Below are positions 17,990 to 28,301 of a stretch of DNA of 32,000 nucleotides, in pieces. The position numbers and the translations under genes were made by a program. Source of the stretch: Wolbachia endosymbiont of Drosophila innubila (GTDB lineage: Bacteria > Pseudomonadota > Alphaproteobacteria > Rickettsiales > Anaplasmataceae); assembly GCF_021378375.1 (NCBI RefSeq), contig NZ_CP076228.1, positions 60,001 to 92,000 of the forward strand, written 5' to 3'. Positions within the stretch are counted from its first letter, which is position 1, and each line of letters starts with the position of its first letter. The notes under the pieces were generated by a model. It was not told the origin of the DNA. It ran no database searches and worked only from the letters and a program-made list of their open reading frames with translations.

Positions 17990-19162
17990 TTAAAAACTTA
18001 ATTTCAGTCCAGCCAAGAGCACATAACCAGAGTTGTTATTTTCTATTTTAGGTTCTTTGGTACTAAATTTTACAATATCGAAATAGTATGAAGTACCTAA
18101 AAAAAGAGAATTTTCAAGGCTTAAAGCATATGATGTTAACTCGTTTGTACCTTCGCCTGCAATATCCCTACCACTACTAAAATATGTTAAGCTTGATTTG
18201 TAAGAATCAGAATGGTAAGCGATACCTGCATTCATATAATACGTATTATTTATTTCAGGATTACGCCTCTCACCAGATTCATCACCATTACCATACGAAA
18301 AAATGCAATCAAGATCGAACAATTTTAGCTTCAAACCAAAATTCCAGTGCAGTAATTGATTGCGACATTCATAATTTTTAGAAGTTCCATCTGAGCAACC
18401 AGTTAAATTTTCTCTTGCAAATTCACCAGTCAAAGCAGTAGTAAAACCTATATCATTTGACAAGCTGTTTTTATAGGAAAGGCCAGCAGCAATTAAATTG
18501 CTGTACTGTAAGTTATTTTTTCCTGGAACATAACTGAATCCGAGTTGAAAGTTATAGATTTCAGGGGAGATGTAGTTAATTGATGATTGTTTTAACCCTA
18601 GTTCGAGTTCATTATAATCGCTATAAATATTGGGCTTGACCCAGAACACCTTGTCTTGATTATATCCAGGGTCACCATCTTTTTTATGATCACCGCGCAA
18701 ATTTGCATAGTTTGTCCAATGACCATTTACTCCTCCAGCAGCTGCATAAATTTTTGAAGTGTTAATTAACATGCTCTGACCAACTAAACTTCTTTTACCA
18801 TATTCAATTGATCCAAGTTCCTGGTTTTTTATGATAAAATACCATTCCTCCATGTCTAACTTTTCTATGTCTAACGCTTTTAGGTTTGCAATACCAGAAA
18901 CCCCTGCCTTAACATTAACCCCCATTTGAGTATTTGGATAAACTTGCTGTAAATAAAGAAAGCGCAAGTATGAATAACTTGAAGTTTTATCCTTAGGCTT
19001 AGCATTGAAAGAATCTCTGTTGAAGGCGTAGCCGAATCTCAAATCTACTTTTCCGTCTAGTTCTGCATAAAATATTTCCTTATCCAAAATTGTTTTAGAG
19101 CTAGCACTATTCTGCAAAAACAATGATGAAAGCAGTACTACCAGGTAGTACTTTAACTTCAT
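17990..19162 (-). CDS. Gram-negative porin-like outer membrane protein
   Basis: Signal peptide MKLKYYLVVLLSSLFLQNSASS, LDGKVDLRFGYAFN..., alternating beta-strands (GYVLLAGLKLSF terminal aromatic). ORF extends to 19204 but ATG 19162 fits a signal peptide. Confidence 0.75.
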   Translation of the reverse strand: MKLKYYLVVLLSSLFLQNSASSKTILDKEIFYAELDGKVDLRFGYAFNRDSFNAKPKDKTSSYSYLRFLYLQQVYPNTQMGVNVKAGVSGIANLKALDIEKLDMEEWYFIIKNQELGSIEYGKRSLVGQSMLINTSKIYAAAGGVNGHWTNYANLRGDHKKDGDPGYNQDKVFWVKPNIYSDYNELELGLKQSSINYISPEIYNFQLGFSYVPGKNNLQYSNLIAAGLSYKNSLSNDIGFTTALTGEFARENLTGCSDGTSKNYECRNQLLHWNFGLKLKLFDLDCIFSYGNGDESGERRNPEINNTYYMNAGIAYHSDSYKSSLTYFSSGRDIAGEGTNELTSYALSLENSLFLGTSYYFDIVKFSTKEPKIENNNSGYVLLAGLKLSF

Positions 19163-19224
19163 AAATAAACTTAAATCTTTATAAAAATTTAAGTTTAAAC
19201 TCAATATAAATAAAAAACAACTTT

Positions 19225-20040
19225 TCAGAAGGCACCGCTGGTAGATTTTGCTGCCTGTTTTTGAGCTATATTCCCATAAATTATTGATACACTTGGTAAT
19301 TTTCGCTTTAATAACTGCTTATTAATGGCAGAATGTATACGATTAATTATTTTAGATATACTTTTTACATCGCAGTTAATCAAAACAAAAAGCACTTTAT
19401 TCTCATCAATATACCCTAGAAAATCATCACTACGGCAATTTTTATAAAAATGTTCTATGATAACTTTCAGTGCATTATTTGTCTCACTACAGCTACTATT
19501 TAAGCCAATCACTCCTATAGCTGCATTAATTTGATGTTGAAAGGCAAAATTTAATATAACGTATAACTCTAGAATAGTGGACTCATTGCCCGGTATATCG
19601 AATAAGTCATGGTTTTTATATTTTTTACCCATTAGATATTTATCTCTAAAGATTCCTAGTTTATGGGACAAACTGATATCACGTATTAATAGCTCATAAT
19701 TTATTTTATTACTGGCAAATTGTGCAGTGCGGAAAACTTTTACTTTTATCCTGATATCTTCTCCCTTAGCATCAATTAAGGAAAAATCTATCACTTTAGG
19801 TAGTATATCAAGTAAATCGTGTCCATTTTCGGTATACTCTAAATAATTCTTCACGTTGTCAGCTGCTCTTGTGCTTAAGATATTAATTAATGGCTTATTA
19901 AGCAAATTCTTCTCTTCATATTTTAACAAATCCCTTGCAACTTGATTGAGCCCTAAAATTAACACGTTTTTTTTCTTATTATCCTGATAAACAGATACCA
20001 CAGCATCATCTTTTCTTCTTGCAGTTATGAAATCATCCAT
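19225..20040 (-). CDS. PAS-domain protein with C-terminal region resembling a degenerate GGDEF domain
   Basis: NVLILGLNQVARDLLKYEEKNLLNKPLINIL...FSLIDAKGEDIRIKVKVFRTAQF... YELLIRDIS is PAS-like. VIIEHFYKNCRSDDFLGYIDENKVLFVLINCDVKSISKIINRIHSAIN has GGDEF-like order without the signature. Confidence 0.6.
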   Translation of the reverse strand: MDDFITARRKDDAVVSVYQDNKKKNVLILGLNQVARDLLKYEEKNLLNKPLINILSTRAADNVKNYLEYTENGHDLLDILPKVIDFSLIDAKGEDIRIKVKVFRTAQFASNKINYELLIRDISLSHKLGIFRDKYLMGKKYKNHDLFDIPGNESTILELYVILNFAFQHQINAAIGVIGLNSSCSETNNALKVIIEHFYKNCRSDDFLGYIDENKVLFVLINCDVKSISKIINRIHSAINKQLLKRKLPSVSIIYGNIAQKQAAKSTSGAF

Positions 20041-20134
20041 ACTTTCATTCTATACAGCGTATTTATAAGTATAATAAGATTATATTAAGATTTACTTACT
20101 TATTAATATGCTTAATTGGGTATAGACAGAATGT

Positions 20135-22051
20135 GTGCGCCAAGAAGTGCGTAAGGAACAGTTGGTGAAAATCCAACACGGGTAAAGCTTAGCCGGCAAC
20201 CTGGAACAAACCATTATGCTGCGTAAGGTAACGAGCGTAGTAAAGCTAATGGAATGGACAACATAGGGTGCAACGAAAGTGAAGGTATTGAGTCCCGTAA
20301 TTCACGCGTCATGGGGGCTGACACTTTACATTTGGTGGAAGGCAACATGGGTAATAACGCTAAGGCAAGATATTACTCACCTCATCGGGATCGAAGGCCG
20401 CGTCATGTGTTGAGATGGACCTTACGTGAACTTGGGAGATCCTTTGTATTCCTGTAAGGGTACTCTGGAACAAGTCAATAAAGGCGAGGACTGGAGGAAG
20501 ATGCAAAGGAAGTCGGACTAATTGATAGTACTCGGAGTGTGGGAAAGCCACATACAAGGGGAAGCGGTTAGCAATATAGTGACTGGTATAGGGATTGCTA
20601 TACCAATACAACAGAGATTAGAGGAGTATGCAAGGAAAACTAAACCAGATAGCAGTAAGGGCTAAGCAAGATAAGCGAGTAAAATTTACATCATTAGTTC
20701 ATTTGATTAATGAAGAGAATCTTGCAGAGTGTTATAAGGAACTAAAACGCAACAAGGCTTGTAGTATAGATCGTGTGACAGTGGAAGCTTATGGAGAAAA
20801 TCTAGAAGAGAAACTTAAAACACTAGTGGATAGTATGAAGAGAAAACAATATCAACCGCTACCAGTGAAAAGGGTATACATACCCAAAGCCGGGAGCAAA
20901 GAGAAGCGCGGTCTCGGAATACCATCAACGGAAGATAAGTTGGTACAGGTAATGCTAAAGAAGATATTAGAAAATATTTATGAAGCAAACTTTATGGACA
21001 GCTCGTATGGATTTCGACCAGGAAGAAATTGTCATCAGGCGATAAACGCTCTAGATAAAGCAGTTATGCACAAACCAATTAACTATATTGTAGAAGTGGA
21101 TATCAAGAAGTTCTTTGATAATGTTCAACATAAATGGCTAATGAATTGTCTAAGGAACGAATAGCTGACCCAAATTTATTGTGGTTAATAAAACGATTTC
21201 TAAAGGCAGGAATAGTCGAAGTTGGATGTTATAAAGCAACCGATCAAGGCACACCACAAGGTGGTATAGTAAGCCCTGTATTAGCTAATATATACTTACA
21301 CTATGTGCTGGACTTATGGTTTGAAAAGAAATTTAAGCCAAAAGCCAGAGGATATTTACAGCTAATAAGGTTTTGCGACGATTTTGTAGTTGGCTGCGAG
21401 AGGGAAGAAGACGCAAAAGAATTTCTAGAATTACTGAAACAAAGACTAAGTAAATTTGGGTTGGAAATAGCTGAAAATAAAACAAAAAATAGTAAAGTTT
21501 GGTAAGAAAGAATGGTATCAAGCAGAAAGAGAGAAACGTAGGACGGCTAGCTTCAACTTTCTAGGATTTACACATTATTGTGGAAAAAGTCGTAATGGTA
21601 AACTTATGATGAAGCAGAAAACTTCAAAAATAAGCCTAGCCAGAAAGATTAAAGAAATCAAAGAATGGTTGAAGATGGTACGAAGTCGTATCTGTTTCAA
21701 AGATTGGTGGCAGAAACTTAAAGCCAAACTAACAGGACACTATAGCTACTTCGGAGTTAGCGGAAATTATCGGTGTTTGATTCAATTCTATCGACCGGTA
21801 ACAAAGTTAGCATTTAAGTGGATAAACCGACGTAGTCAAAAGAAAAGTATGGATTGGGAACAATTTATACACTATTTAAAAGTAAATCCATTACCAAAAC
21901 CAAAGGTATATGTTTCTTTATACACAGGAGCACTAGTGTGAACGCTGTATTGTGGAGCCGTGTGCGGGAAATCCGCAAGCACGGTTCTTTTGGGGAGACT
22001 ATGGTTATGAGACCAAATCGCTGGTTTCAAGGTCATGAGTCTCTACCAGAC
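20135..22051 (+). mobile_element. Group II intron, copy 2
   Basis: Near-identical to 12093..14010, 1 nt shorter; domain V at 21955..21987. Confidence 0.9.
20628..21941 (+). pseudogene. Group II intron reverse transcriptase/maturase, two frameshifts
   Basis: ORF pieces 20628..21164, 21134..21505 and 21606..21941. One G lost near 21154 (taaggaacg vs taagggaacg) and one A gained near 21484-21490 (acaaaaaatag vs acaaaaatag) relative to copy 1. Confidence 0.9.
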
Positions 22052-22190
22052 CATATGGAATGGCTTTGTTGTAGAAGAATCAAGATTACTGTTTATAGAC
22101 TTCAAGTTACTGCAAAAAATATTTTAAAACATAGTGATATCTTGACTTTACCTAGTTAATATTCCAAATTATAAAAAAACAGATAGTTCT

Positions 22191-22976
22191 ATGACGACAA
22201 GTCTATTACAAGGCAAAAAGGGATTAATAACCGGAATAATAAATAAGAGATCAATAGCATACGGTATAGCAAAAACTCTCTCAGAGCACGGAGCAGAACT
22301 TGCAATCACCTACCAGAATGAAATAATAAAAGAAAAACTATCACCAATAGCAGATGAACTAAATGTGGAGCTAATATTACACTGCGACGTTTCAAATGAA
22401 AAAATCATAGATAACGCTTTCGAAATAATAGAGAAAAAATGGGGTACTCTTGACTTTTTGGTGCATGCAATAGCATTCTCCGATAAAAATGAGTTAGATG
22501 GTAAATATGTCAATGCTTCACTGGATAACTTCCTCAATGCAATGCATATATCGTGCTATTCTTTTACTGCTTTAGCGCAAAGGGCTGAAAAAATGATGTC
22601 AAATGGTGGTAGTTTACTTACTTTATCTTATTATGGCGCTGAAAAAGTTATGCCAAATTATAACGTTATGGGTTTATGTAAAGCGGCACTTGAAGCAAGT
22701 GTAAAATATATAGCATGTGATCTCGGGCCACAAAATATCAGAGTAAATGCAATTTCCGCTGGTCCAATCAGAACTTTAGCATCTTCTGGAATAAGCGATT
22801 TTCACTCCATATCAGAATGGAATAGAAATAACTCTCCGCTCAGACGCAATGTTACAATAGAGGATGTTGGCAAGGCAGCGTTATACTTATTAAGCGACTT
22901 AAGTAGTGGCACTACTGGAGAAATTTTGCACGTTGATTCAGGATATAACGTTGTGGGAATGAAGGTGGTTGACTGA
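22191..22976 (+). CDS. fabI: Enoyl-[acyl-carrier-protein] reductase (NADH)
   Basis: GKKGLITGIINKRSIAYGIAKTLSEHGAELAITYQNE...LLTLSYYGAEKVMPNYNVMGLCKAALEASVKYIACDLG...NNSPLRRNVTIEDVG. Confidence 0.97.
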   Translation: MTTSLLQGKKGLITGIINKRSIAYGIAKTLSEHGAELAITYQNEIIKEKLSPIADELNVELILHCDVSNEKIIDNAFEIIEKKWGTLDFLVHAIAFSDKNELDGKYVNASLDNFLNAMHISCYSFTALAQRAEKMMSNGGSLLTLSYYGAEKVMPNYNVMGLCKAALEASVKYIACDLGPQNIRVNAISAGPIRTLASSGISDFHSISEWNRNNSPLRRNVTIEDVGKAALYLLSDLSSGTTGEILHVDSGYNVVGMKVVD

Positions 22977-22992
22977 GATCTAAATCCTTAAT

Positions 22993-24498
22993 TCAAAGCG
23001 CTAGTTCCTTCGGGTTCATACACAACTCTATCAGGAGTTTTGTGACTGTGATTGCAGAAAACATCGAACATAAAATTCCTATTGATAGAGTGACAGAAAA
23101 GCCTCTTATTGCTCCACTGCCAATAATGAACATTATTCCTGCAGCAATTAATGTAGTGATATTTGAATCCAGTATTGTCTTTATAGCGTTTTTAAACCCT
23201 TCTTCAATAGCACGTTCCACTCTCTTGCCAGATTTGATTTCCTCACGAATTCGCTCAAATATTAAAACATTTGCATCCACCGCCATACCAACAGTAAGTG
23301 CAATACCGGCAATTCCAGGTAAAGTTAGAGTTGCTTCAAGCAGAGTGAGAATTGATAATATAAGAACTACATTAGAAAAAAGTGCAATAGAGGCCAATAC
23401 ACCTAATTTGCCGTAAGTGATGATTATAAATAAAGCCACGGCTATAATAGAGATTGTTGCTGCCATTTCCCCTGCCTTTATTGATTCTTCTCCAAGACTT
23501 GGGCCAATGTTTTTTTCTTCAATTATTTTAAGTGGTGCTGGCAGTGCTCCAGATTTTAAAAGTATTGCAAGTTCGCTTGCTTGTTTTTCAGTGAAATTAC
23601 CGCTAATTTCTCCCTCTCCATTTAAAATTGGCTCACGTATTGTAGGTACTGTTAAAACTGTGTTATCCAGAACAATTGCAAAAGGCTTTCCTACATTTTC
23701 TTTAGTGATTTTCGCGAATCTTTTACTCGCTATACTGTCAAATTTAAAATGCACTGTCGGTTTACCTAAATTGCCGAATCTAACTGATGCGTTAACCAGC
23801 GAATCACCACCTATTTCAGTTTTGCGGAATATTGGATAAGAATTACCTAAAGAATCCTTGAGCATGACAGTGGTTTCATGGTCTATATCCTGCACCTTGG
23901 CTATGTTAGTGTTTGCCAAATGAAAAGCTAGCTTAGCAGTTTTGCCAAGCAGAGATTTTATCTGCTTGGTATCTTCTACTCCAGGCACCTGCACTAATAT
24001 TTTATTCTGCCCTTGTTTTTGAATGCTGACTTCCTTTGTGCCAAGTTTGTCCAAACGGCGCTGGACATTGTTTATTGATTCTGCAGCTACTTCACTGATC
24101 AAAGAATTTTTATAATGTGGTTTATACGAAATGAGAATCGAAGAATCTTTTCTATTTAGCTCTAAATTTGGATTTATCGCATTAATCAACACAGATGCTT
24201 TTTTATAATCATCAATACTATTTAAAGTTATAACGCTATTTTGTACGTTAGATTCAATATTTTTTGTTAGCAATGTCTCTTTTATTTCGTTAGCTAGCAT
24301 GCTTAGCTTTTCCTTAAAATAGAAGTCTAAGTCTATGTTTAAAAGCAAAGATGCCCCTCCTTTCAGGTCAAGGCCTAAGTTTATTCTTTTTTTCGAAATA
24401 AAAAGCTTATTATCAAAGAAATTTGGCAGTGTTATGTATAAAGCAAATAAACAGATGCATAATACTGAAAAAGATTTGACTATAAGTCTGTTATACAT
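22993..24498 (-). CDS. secD: Protein translocase subunit SecD
   Basis: KKRINLGLDLKGGASLLLNIDLD...VNAAVRFGNLGKPTVHFKFDS-like..., GMAVDANVLIFERIREEIKSGKRVERAIEEGFKNAIKTILDSNITTLIA. Confidence 0.97.
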   Translation of the reverse strand: MYNRLIVKSFSVLCICLFALYITLPNFFDNKLFISKKRINLGLDLKGGASLLLNIDLDFYFKEKLSMLANEIKETLLTKNIESNVQNSVITLNSIDDYKKASVLINAINPNLELNRKDSSILISYKPHYKNSLISEVAAESINNVQRRLDKLGTKEVSIQKQGQNKILVQVPGVEDTKQIKSLLGKTAKLAFHLANTNIAKVQDIDHETTVMLKDSLGNSYPIFRKTEIGGDSLVNASVRFGNLGKPTVHFKFDSIASKRFAKITKENVGKPFAIVLDNTVLTVPTIREPILNGEGEISGNFTEKQASELAILLKSGALPAPLKIIEEKNIGPSLGEESIKAGEMAATISIIAVALFIIITYGKLGVLASIALFSNVVLILSILTLLEATLTLPGIAGIALTVGMAVDANVLIFERIREEIKSGKRVERAIEEGFKNAIKTILDSNITTLIAAGIMFIIGSGAIRGFSVTLSIGILCSMFSAITVTKLLIELCMNPKELAL

Positions 24499-24566
24499 AA
24501 GTTGTAGGTTTAAAATTGTAATAATTGATTGTAAGTTAAAAATAGATTTTTGTAAAATTCTCTATT

Positions 24567-25702
24567 TGACCTTACCCAGAAAAAGTAGAGAGAAAGTTAA
24601 GACGTTTTTATCATGAGAATAAATTGTGCAGGAATGCAATAGTTAATAGTAGAATGTCTACGTTATTTGTTATAAAAGATTTCTATGTATTCAAATATGG
24701 CAGTTCTGGTTTGTTGAGCGAGAAGTATCAATAAGCAGCTCCCTTTTAAGTGAACTTTTCTGCAACAGAGTTATCGTAACAACAGCCCTTATGGCTCATG
24801 CTGGAAATGATGTTTTTTGTATTCAATAGAAATTGGTAATTTTGAGAGGTATACTGTGACCCTTGATCGCTATGTAACAGCAGATTTTTATCGGGTTTGC
24901 GTTTATCAACGGCCATCAATAAAGAATCTATAACTAATTATCATGTTACTCATTAACCACCATGCGTGAATATAGGTCAATTATTGCCGCCAACAACCTT
25001 CTTTAGTTTTTATGTAGGTAATCCCAAACTTTATTTGGCTGATCAGTAGTAAAATTTTGATCCAATGTGTTCGGAGCCACAACTCGGTTGCTTATTTGCT
25101 GTTTTTTATTTTTGAACCTTCGTCTAAACTTGGCTTTAATGCCATTTTCTTGCATAACACTTTGTACTGTTTTAATTTTTGCCTAAAGCTTTTAATTCAG
25201 CGTGAATTTTAGGGGCTCCATATCTGCATTTAGAAGCTTGATGTATTTTTTGAATATCTGCTAGAAGCCCTTCTTTTGCTAATTCTTTACTGCTTTTTTC
25301 CTTAGCAACCCATACCACCAGTACAAAACCCTACATAGTTCCTGTGTTTTATAGCAATTTCTATATAAAAGAATACTTTACTCTTTTTCTTTGCCCAGGG
25401 CTTTTTTAAGATGTCTCTTTCTCTTATTAGCTCTTTTTTAGATCAAATCTTTCTTTGTCATAAGGAGCCTTTGCCTGGAAATGCGTATGCTCCAGACATT
25501 TTCCATTATATTTTCTTACTTAACATACTGCCATCTATACCTAGATCTTTTGCTATTTTTGTACTTGCTTGACCTGTTTCTTTAACCAGCTTAACAGCTT
25601 CTAATTTGAATTCTGCTGTATATTCTCTTCTATTTGTCATATTTTGAAAAAACGTTTTATTTTACTCCAAAAACGTCTTAACTTTCTCTCTACTTTTTCT
25701 GG
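24567..25702 (-). mobile_element. Diverged IS3-like element remnant abutting guaB
   Basis: Left end tgaccttacccagaaaaagtagagagaaagttaagacgttttt, matched by inverted ...aaaaacgtcttaactttctctctactttttctgg. orfA-like reading from 25640 leftwards (MTNRREYTAEFKLEAVKLVKETGQ...) is interrupted. Confidence 0.8.
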
Positions 25703-25703
25703 A

Positions 25704-27197
25704 CTACTCCGAATCGGTTGACAAATTGGACGTTTGATAAGCATAATTTGGAGCTTCTTGTGTAATAACTATATCATGAGCGTGACTCTCTCTTAATCCT
25801 GATGCAGTAATAGTAACAAATTTACAATTTTTTTTCATCTCTTCTATATTCCTATTACCAGTATACCCCATTGCAGCTTGCAATCCGCCAATCAATTGAT
25901 GGATTACTCCTGAAGCTGGACCTTTGAATGGAACTCTTCCTTCCACTCCTTGTGGAACTAATTTGAGTTTTGAATCTTTATCTTGAAAATAACGGCTAGC
26001 TGAACCTCGTTTCATTGCACTAATAGATCCCATTCCTCGATAGCCTTTATATGCTCTGCCCTTATACATAATAATCTCACCTGGGCTTTCGTCAGTGCCA
26101 GCAAAAATCGAACCAATCATCACAGAGTCAGCACCAGCTGCAATAGCTTTTGCAACATCTCCTGAGTATTTTACCCCACCATCAGCAATTAGTCTGACGT
26201 TTCTTGCTCTACACGCCTCTGCAACATTCTTGATTGCAGAGAATTGTGGCACACCAACACCTGTAACTATTCTGGTTGTACAGATTGATCCTGGTCCTAT
26301 TCCAACCTTCACTGCATCAACACCCGCATCAATCAACGCTTCAGCAGCCTCCTTTGTTGCAATGTTTCCGCCAATTAATTGCGTATTAGGATACATCTCT
26401 TTTATTTCCCTAATGGTATTGATAACGTTTTCGGAATGACCGTGAGCAGTATCCACAACAACTACATCAACTTCTTCTCCGATCAAAGCTTCACATCTGT
26501 CTATACCATCTTTTTTACCAGTGCCAATTGCAGCGGCAACTCTGAGACGCCCTTTACTGTCTTTACATGAATTTGGGTATCTATTGTATTTTTCAATGTC
26601 TTTAACCGTAATTAAACCTATACAACAAGAATTTTCATCTACGACCAAAAGCTTTTCTATTCTATTTTCATGCAACAATTTCATTGCTGAGGCACTATTC
26701 ACTCCCTGCTCCCGCACTGTCACTAACTTATCTTTTGTCATCACTTCGGAAACTTTTACATTCATGTTCTGGTCTTCAATAAATCTCACATCTCGGTTAG
26801 TTAAAATTCCAACTAACTTGCGTTGATCGACTACAGGAATGCCAGAATAATTGTGCTCTCTCATTAATGAAATTGCTTCCGCAACTGTTTTATCCGGTGA
26901 AATCGTAATTGGGTTATACACGATCCAACTTTCATATTTTTTCACCCTTCTCACTTCTAAAACTTGTTCATCTATTGATAAATTCTTATGTATGCAACCT
27001 ATCCCTCCATGTTGGGCAATAGCTATTGCAAAGCCCGATTCAGTAACAGTATCCATTGCAGAGGATATGAGAGGGATATTTAGTTCTATACTATTTGTTA
27101 AATAAGTTTTTGTATCTGCATCGCAAGGCAATATATTAGAATAGGCTGGCAAAAGAAGTATATCGTCAAACGAATAACAAGCTTCCATTTTTTTCAT
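25704..27197 (-). CDS. guaB: Inosine-5'-monophosphate dehydrogenase
   Basis: SFDDILLLPAYSNILP..., two CBS domains, IKVGIGPGSICTTRIVTGVGVPQFSAI, YRGMGSISAMKRGSASRYFQ. Confidence 0.98.
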   Translation of the reverse strand: MKKMEACYSFDDILLLPAYSNILPCDADTKTYLTNSIELNIPLISSAMDTVTESGFAIAIAQHGGIGCIHKNLSIDEQVLEVRRVKKYESWIVYNPITISPDKTVAEAISLMREHNYSGIPVVDQRKLVGILTNRDVRFIEDQNMNVKVSEVMTKDKLVTVREQGVNSASAMKLLHENRIEKLLVVDENSCCIGLITVKDIEKYNRYPNSCKDSKGRLRVAAAIGTGKKDGIDRCEALIGEEVDVVVVDTAHGHSENVINTIREIKEMYPNTQLIGGNIATKEAAEALIDAGVDAVKVGIGPGSICTTRIVTGVGVPQFSAIKNVAEACRARNVRLIADGGVKYSGDVAKAIAAGADSVMIGSIFAGTDESPGEIIMYKGRAYKGYRGMGSISAMKRGSASRYFQDKDSKLKLVPQGVEGRVPFKGPASGVIHQLIGGLQAAMGYTGNRNIEEMKKNCKFVTITASGLRESHAHDIVITQEAPNYAYQTSNLSTDSE

Positions 27198-27313
27198 AGG
27201 CTTTATTTAAAGCTTATACGCCAATTAATTAAATTGCAATAGGCAAAATTAGCTAGGAGCCTTTAATTGTATAGCTCTAACTGTTTTTAGGAGAGAGAAA
27301 AGCTATATAGTTG

Positions 27314-28126
27314 CTAATACATTTTATTGCATAATAAGCATTCTACATTATTTGCCAGCAAACAGAACTGCTCAATAGTTAAGTTTTCTGGACGTTCATT
27401 TCCACTCAATTTAGCGTTTTCAAGGACAGTTTCAGCGTGGTTCGTTATATTTTGCAAGCTATTTCTCAGCATCTTTCTTCTTTGAGCAAAAACAGCACGT
27501 ATTAATTTTATTAAGGTTTCCAAGTTTACTACAAACTTTGGGGTAGGCAAAGGATTTACTGTAATTACTGAAGAATGTATTTTTGGTCTTGGAAAAAACT
27601 CTTTAGGTTCAATATCAAATTCCTTTTTTATATCGCATAGTAACTGGCTTAGCACTGATAGAGGACCATAATCTTTAGAATTGGGTCTTGCTGTAATGCG
27701 ATCTGCTACCTCTTTTTGAAACATTAATGTCAAACTCGTAAAAAATTTTATACTATCTAACCACTTTAAAAATAACGCTACCGAGATATTGTAAGGCAAG
27801 TTAGCAATAACTTTAACTGGGCGCTCTATCAGCTCTTCTTCTATAATATGCAGTGCATCCGCTTCTATAATTCTATACTTTCCTTGATGCTCATTTAGCA
27901 GTTGGTCATGGTGTTTTACTAAATCTCTATCTTTTTCTATAGAAAGTAGAGACTTTGGATTATGCACCAATATTTCTCTTGTTAATGCACCATATCCAGG
28001 ACCAATTTCAATGACATTAAAATTTTCCAGACTACCAGGTAAAGCGACGATTTTTTTTGTTATCTCACTCGATAAAATAAAATTTTGCCCTAGACTCTTT
28101 TTTGGCTTCAGTAAAAATTTTTTCAT
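27314..28126 (-). CDS. rsmA: 16S rRNA (A1518/A1519) dimethyltransferase
   Basis: KPKKSLGQNFILSSEITKKIV...VIEIGPGYGALTREIL...VIANLPYNISVALFLKWL; ORF opens at 28174, likely ATG at 28126. Confidence 0.96.
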   Translation of the reverse strand: MKKFLLKPKKSLGQNFILSSEITKKIVALPGSLENFNVIEIGPGYGALTREILVHNPKSLLSIEKDRDLVKHHDQLLNEHQGKYRIIEADALHIIEEELIERPVKVIANLPYNISVALFLKWLDSIKFFTSLTLMFQKEVADRITARPNSKDYGPLSVLSQLLCDIKKEFDIEPKEFFPRPKIHSSVITVNPLPTPKFVVNLETLIKLIRAVFAQRRKMLRNSLQNITNHAETVLENAKLSGNERPENLTIEQFCLLANNVECLLCNKMY

Positions 28127-28204
28127 ATTATTTTCATTATACAGTATTTTAAAAATTAGTTGACGAAAATTCATTGATAATTGTATATTATTAATGTGTT
28201 TAAC

Positions 28205-28277
<73 letters not shown>

Positions 28278-28301
28278 CTCTCGCCCATATAAGTAAAGTT
28301 G

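Noticed and set aside
23042-26826. Antisense ORFs opposite secD and guaB (23042..23416, 23417..23839, 26095..26439, 26521..26826 and similar)
   Set aside because: They overlap strongly conserved genes on the other strand and show no recognisable domains.
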